Shown here in pieces: positions 52,775 through 55,409 of a DNA stretch of 55,409 nucleotides. Both the position numbers and the translations under genes were made by a program. This stretch comes from an uncultured Bacilli bacterium (GTDB lineage: Bacteria; Bacillota_I; Bacilli_A; RF39; UBA660). Location of the stretch: assembly GCA_947624085.1 (NCBI GenBank), contig CANQIK010000003.1:1-55409 (forward strand), read 5' to 3'. Position 1 is the stretch's first letter. The number at the start of each line of letters is the position of its first letter. The notes under the pieces are model-generated. The model had not been told where the DNA came from. It saw only the letters and a program-made list of their open reading frames with translations, and ran no database searches.

Positions 52775-54865
52775 ATGTATAATAAAAGTAATAAAAATTC
52801 CCGCTTAATTAACATTTTAGTTGGTGTTATAGCATTCTTAATTATTGTCTTTTTAATCGTCTTTTTAGTTAATAGATCAAATGGTAATAAGACTGCTAGC
52901 AATGAACAACAATTTAGTGATAATTTAAGCACTTTACATCAAACAGCTAAAGAATTCTTTGCGGGTCAACTTCCTGAAGATGTTGGTGGTTCACTTCAAA
53001 CTAGCTTAAATGAGTTAATTGAAATGGGTGCCATTGATGAATTAAAATATGGCAACATAACTTGTGATGGTGAAGAAAGTTATATATCAATAACTAAAAC
53101 ATCAGAAGATGAATATCGAGTTAAATCTAACCTAGTGTGTGGTGATAAATCAGATAACACAATTGAAAAAATTAAATCCTCTACTACAGTAAAAGATGAA
53201 GACGGTAATACGATTGTTGACGAAGATAAAGATAAAGTTGATTTAGAGGTTGAAAAAAATCCTACTAACAATTCAGATAATTCAAATAGTAATGCCTCAA
53301 CAACTGGTGGCAGTGGTAATAGCACTGTATATTGTAAAGATTTTAATTGTACAGTTGAAGAAATACCTACAACTTGTACCGTTACTTATGAATATGAATA
53401 TGTAAAAAGAATTGTATCTTGTCCTAATGGCTATAATATAAGTGGTTCTACCTGTGTAATGGAATCATCTAATGCTATAGCTCCTACTCCTGTCTATTCT
53501 GATCCTTCAACCGTTATTGAAAGTGCCAAACTAAATCCAGGCGAATCTTATAAAGTTTATGTCGACCCAATTCGTGATGTAACCGATGGTCATTACTATT
53601 GTAAAACCGGTACATTGCAAGGAACCAAGTGTATAATAAATGCTAATAAGCAAGTTAACTATCAAACCAAGTGTCCTACCGGTTATAACAAAGTAGGAAA
53701 TTACTGTTATAAATATGCTAATAAAACTGGCGGTTCTTCAACCTCATATTGTCCAGCAGGTTATACTGATGATGGTACAAAATGTTATATAAGAACAGCT
53801 TTAAATACTAATACTACAACTTCTTGTCCATCTGGATATACCCAAAGTGGAAATTATTGTTTTAAATACGCTGATAAAATAACAAATACTACAACTTCTT
53901 GTCCTGCAGGAACTAGTCCATCTGGTAATAAATGTGTTAAGACAATTAGCGCTATTAAATCTTATACTGCATGGGGTAATCCTGTAAGAACTTATAGTTC
54001 AAAAACTAAAGAATCTGTATATACTTATGAACTTGAAAAGAAAGTAGAAAAAGGATGTACTACGATTGGCAAATCAACAACATGTAACTATTCAATTTAC
54101 CAAAGAAAACCAATTTATACATGTTCACAAGGTACATTATCAGGAACTAAGTGTTTAGTATATTCTGATCCTATTACTACAAGCACTACACCTACTTGTC
54201 CTTCTGGATATATAGATAATGGTTCTAATTGTTATGTTAGTCAACCAGTATCTACTTCATCTTCTTCTACTTGTCCATCAGGATATACGCAAAGTGGTAA
54301 TTACTGTTATAAATATGCTGATCGAATTTATTCTACAACTCCAAGTACTTGTCCTTCTGGATATACCGATGGTGGTTCTACATGCTATCAAAGAGTAAAT
54401 GCTACAACGGAAAAGAATCTATATTGTGAATCTGGATACACAGATAATGGCTATGTTTGTAAAAAGACTGTTAATGCTACTTATGTAGGTGGAAGCACAT
54501 ATTATACTTGTCCAACTGGTTATACATCTTCTGGCTCTGGCAAAAACATGCAATGTTACAAATATGTAAAATCTAGTGATAAATATTACTGTGAAAATGC
54601 TAATGCCGAATTAAAAGGCACATTATGTTACGTTAAGAAAGAATCTGAATTCTTATATAACAAGTGTCAAGATGGTTATACATTAGGAGCAGATAATATG
54701 TGTCATAGTTCATCTATATCAACTACTAACCCTACTTGGTCTGATGTAGATTATATGTTCAGTACGGAAACTTATGTACCTGGTTACCAAAGAACTGGTA
54801 GAGGTAAGTTCCATCAAGTATGTGTTAGAACTGAAAATACTAACAAACCAGTAATTTATAAATAA
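52775..54865 (+). CDS. TM-anchored surface protein with pilin-head-like region and ~14 Cys-x(9-10)-Cys 'CPxGYxxxGxxC' hairpin repeats
   Basis: 696 aa. SD AAAGGAGG, 24 nt after the previous stop. N-terminal anchor INILVGVIAFLIIVFLIVFLV. Repeats include CPNGYNISGSTC, CPTGYNKVGNYC, CPAGYTDDGTKC, CPSGYTQSGNYC (x2), CPSGYIDNGSNC, CPSGYTDGGSTC, CESGYTDNGYVC and CQDGYTLGADNMC. Confidence 0.8.
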   Translation: MYNKSNKNSRLINILVGVIAFLIIVFLIVFLVNRSNGNKTASNEQQFSDNLSTLHQTAKEFFAGQLPEDVGGSLQTSLNELIEMGAIDELKYGNITCDGEESYISITKTSEDEYRVKSNLVCGDKSDNTIEKIKSSTTVKDEDGNTIVDEDKDKVDLEVEKNPTNNSDNSNSNASTTGGSGNSTVYCKDFNCTVEEIPTTCTVTYEYEYVKRIVSCPNGYNISGSTCVMESSNAIAPTPVYSDPSTVIESAKLNPGESYKVYVDPIRDVTDGHYYCKTGTLQGTKCIINANKQVNYQTKCPTGYNKVGNYCYKYANKTGGSSTSYCPAGYTDDGTKCYIRTALNTNTTTSCPSGYTQSGNYCFKYADKITNTTTSCPAGTSPSGNKCVKTISAIKSYTAWGNPVRTYSSKTKESVYTYELEKKVEKGCTTIGKSTTCNYSIYQRKPIYTCSQGTLSGTKCLVYSDPITTSTTPTCPSGYIDNGSNCYVSQPVSTSSSSTCPSGYTQSGNYCYKYADRIYSTTPSTCPSGYTDGGSTCYQRVNATTEKNLYCESGYTDNGYVCKKTVNATYVGGSTYYTCPTGYTSSGSGKNMQCYKYVKSSDKYYCENANAELKGTLCYVKKESEFLYNKCQDGYTLGADNMCHSSSISTTNPTWSDVDYMFSTETYVPGYQRTGRGKFHQVCVRTENTNKPVIYK
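53417..54712 (+). repeat. Coding tandem/dispersed repeats (Cys hairpin units)
   Basis: DNA-level repeats are visible. For example, tgtccatctggatatacccaaagtggaaattattgttttaaatacgctgat at ~53826 matches tgtccatcaggatatacgcaaagtggtaattactgttataaatatgctgat at ~54271. Confidence 0.75.
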
Positions 54866-54869
54866 TTTA

Positions 54870-54895
54870 ATCCCTAGCTAACTAGGGATTTTTTA
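54870..54895 (+). terminator. Operon terminator
   Basis: AUCCCUAG-CUAA-CUAGGGAU followed by UUUUU. Confidence 0.75.
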
Positions 54896-54900
54896 TTGTC

Positions 54901-54937
54901 AAAAATAAGGTCTTATTTCTAAGAAAGATATAAGACC
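54901..54937 (-). terminator. Terminator of the convergent 54992-55342 gene
   Basis: The minus RNA reads GGUCUUAU-12 nt-AUAAGACC followed by UUAUUUUU. Confidence 0.5.
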
Positions 54938-54991
54938 CTTTTCTTGTAATTTATTGATAAATGCATATTCTTATTAAAGTATACTGGTTTA

Positions 54992-55342
54992 TTATAAACA
55001 CGCTATATGGTTACAAATCTCAGGAGCTGTACCAGGTACTGGTTTGTATTCAACTTTTACATTATTTATACTTTGCTCAGCAGTCTTGCCTGTACCATCA
55101 GTTATCTTTACAGTGAAAGTATGTTCATAGCAATGAGTTAGATTTGATATTGTTATAACATTACTGTTAGTAGATATATTGACATTGCCATTGTGAGAAC
55201 ATGCGCTAACAGGTTCGCCACAATCATCAAGACAAGAATTTGTTACAGAGTAAGTGTAATTTCCATCTCCTCCTGTTGCCGTAACAGTTAATTTTGCAGT
55301 GTATGGAGTATTAGTATCAACATCAATATTCACTATTTTCAA
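54992..55342 (-). CDS. Cys-containing Ig-like (GGxGxYTYS-type) domain protein; start uncertain, frame stays open to the right window edge
   Basis: The 116-aa ORF begins at a TTG with no SD. It contains TAKLTVTATGGDGNYTYSVTN (an Ig/PKD/SprB-repeat-like motif) and 7 Cys. The same frame has no stop up to nt 55409, so it may be the 3' part of a longer gene. Confidence 0.35.
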   Translation of the reverse strand: MKIVNIDVDTNTPYTAKLTVTATGGDGNYTYSVTNSCLDDCGEPVSACSHNGNVNISTNSNVITISNLTHCYEHTFTVKITDGTGKTAEQSINNVKVEYKPVPGTAPEICNHIACL

Positions 55343-55409
55343 AGGTTCGCTAATTTTCTTGTCAAAAAATAATTGACAATTATAGCTTTTATTTGTTTTT
55401 AGTTTTATT

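Noticed and set aside
1-55409. Alternative genetic code (TGA=Trp, Mollicutes-like), considered because of the very low GC.
   Set aside because: All conserved housekeeping ORFs are full-length under the standard code, and TGA is used as a stop (e.g. gene 16500-18185). Cell-wall genes (murF, ddl, ftsW/rodA) are also present.
1-55409. A by-eye search for CRISPR arrays, tRNA/rRNA genes, transposases, integrases and prophage blocks.
   Set aside because: I saw no regularly spaced direct repeats, no GC-rich cloverleaf-like islands other than the hairpin at 16453-16486, and no recombinase-like ORFs. A tRNAscan/Infernal run would be needed to be certain about small RNAs.

Overview
This is a strongly AT-rich (by eye about 30% G+C) chromosomal segment from a low-GC Gram-positive bacterium (Bacillota). 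Gene order looks like Bacilli or Erysipelotrichia, the standard genetic code applies, and sporulation-type genes are present (ylmC/ymxH-like, spoVB-like, yjcZ-like). Nearly all genes are on the minus strand and most are housekeeping: recD2-mtaB, pnp-rpsO, rhomboid, rluD-lspA, murF-ddl, lon, der, engB, mscL, obg, rplU-prp-rpmA, relA-dtd, comN-like/spoVB, ftsW/rodA, def, folD-glyA-thyX-tmk and ruvA/ruvB. I recognised no rRNA, tRNA, CRISPR array, transposase or integrase.

Scattered among the housekeeping genes is a large paralogous set of secreted or surface proteins that I cannot assign to a described system:
- A ~300-aa C-terminal 'cargo' domain (ending ...GVRPVFYL.SSV.LSGGDG...P[YF]KV) occurs in at least four genes. 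It sits on three different N-terminal chassis: a type IV pilin N-terminus, a TasA/camelysin-like N-terminal signal plus beta-rich module, and a plain TM anchor.
- A four-gene cluster and one solitary gene encode ~205-aa proteins that correspond to that N-terminal module alone.
- Three of the four cargo domains contain a ~100-nt GC-rich, adenine-poor hypervariable patch at the same position. This looks like a DGR variable region, but no RT or template repeat is in the window.
- One gene has a G9 homopolymer exactly at the module/cargo junction, with stop codons in both alternative frames. This is a candidate phase switch.

Also notable are a two-gene AAA-ATPase + RloB/Toprim (AbiL/OLD/PARIS-like) defence insertion between rpsO and the rhomboid gene, and a two-gene operon encoding a surface protein built from about 14 Cys-x9-10-Cys hairpin repeats.
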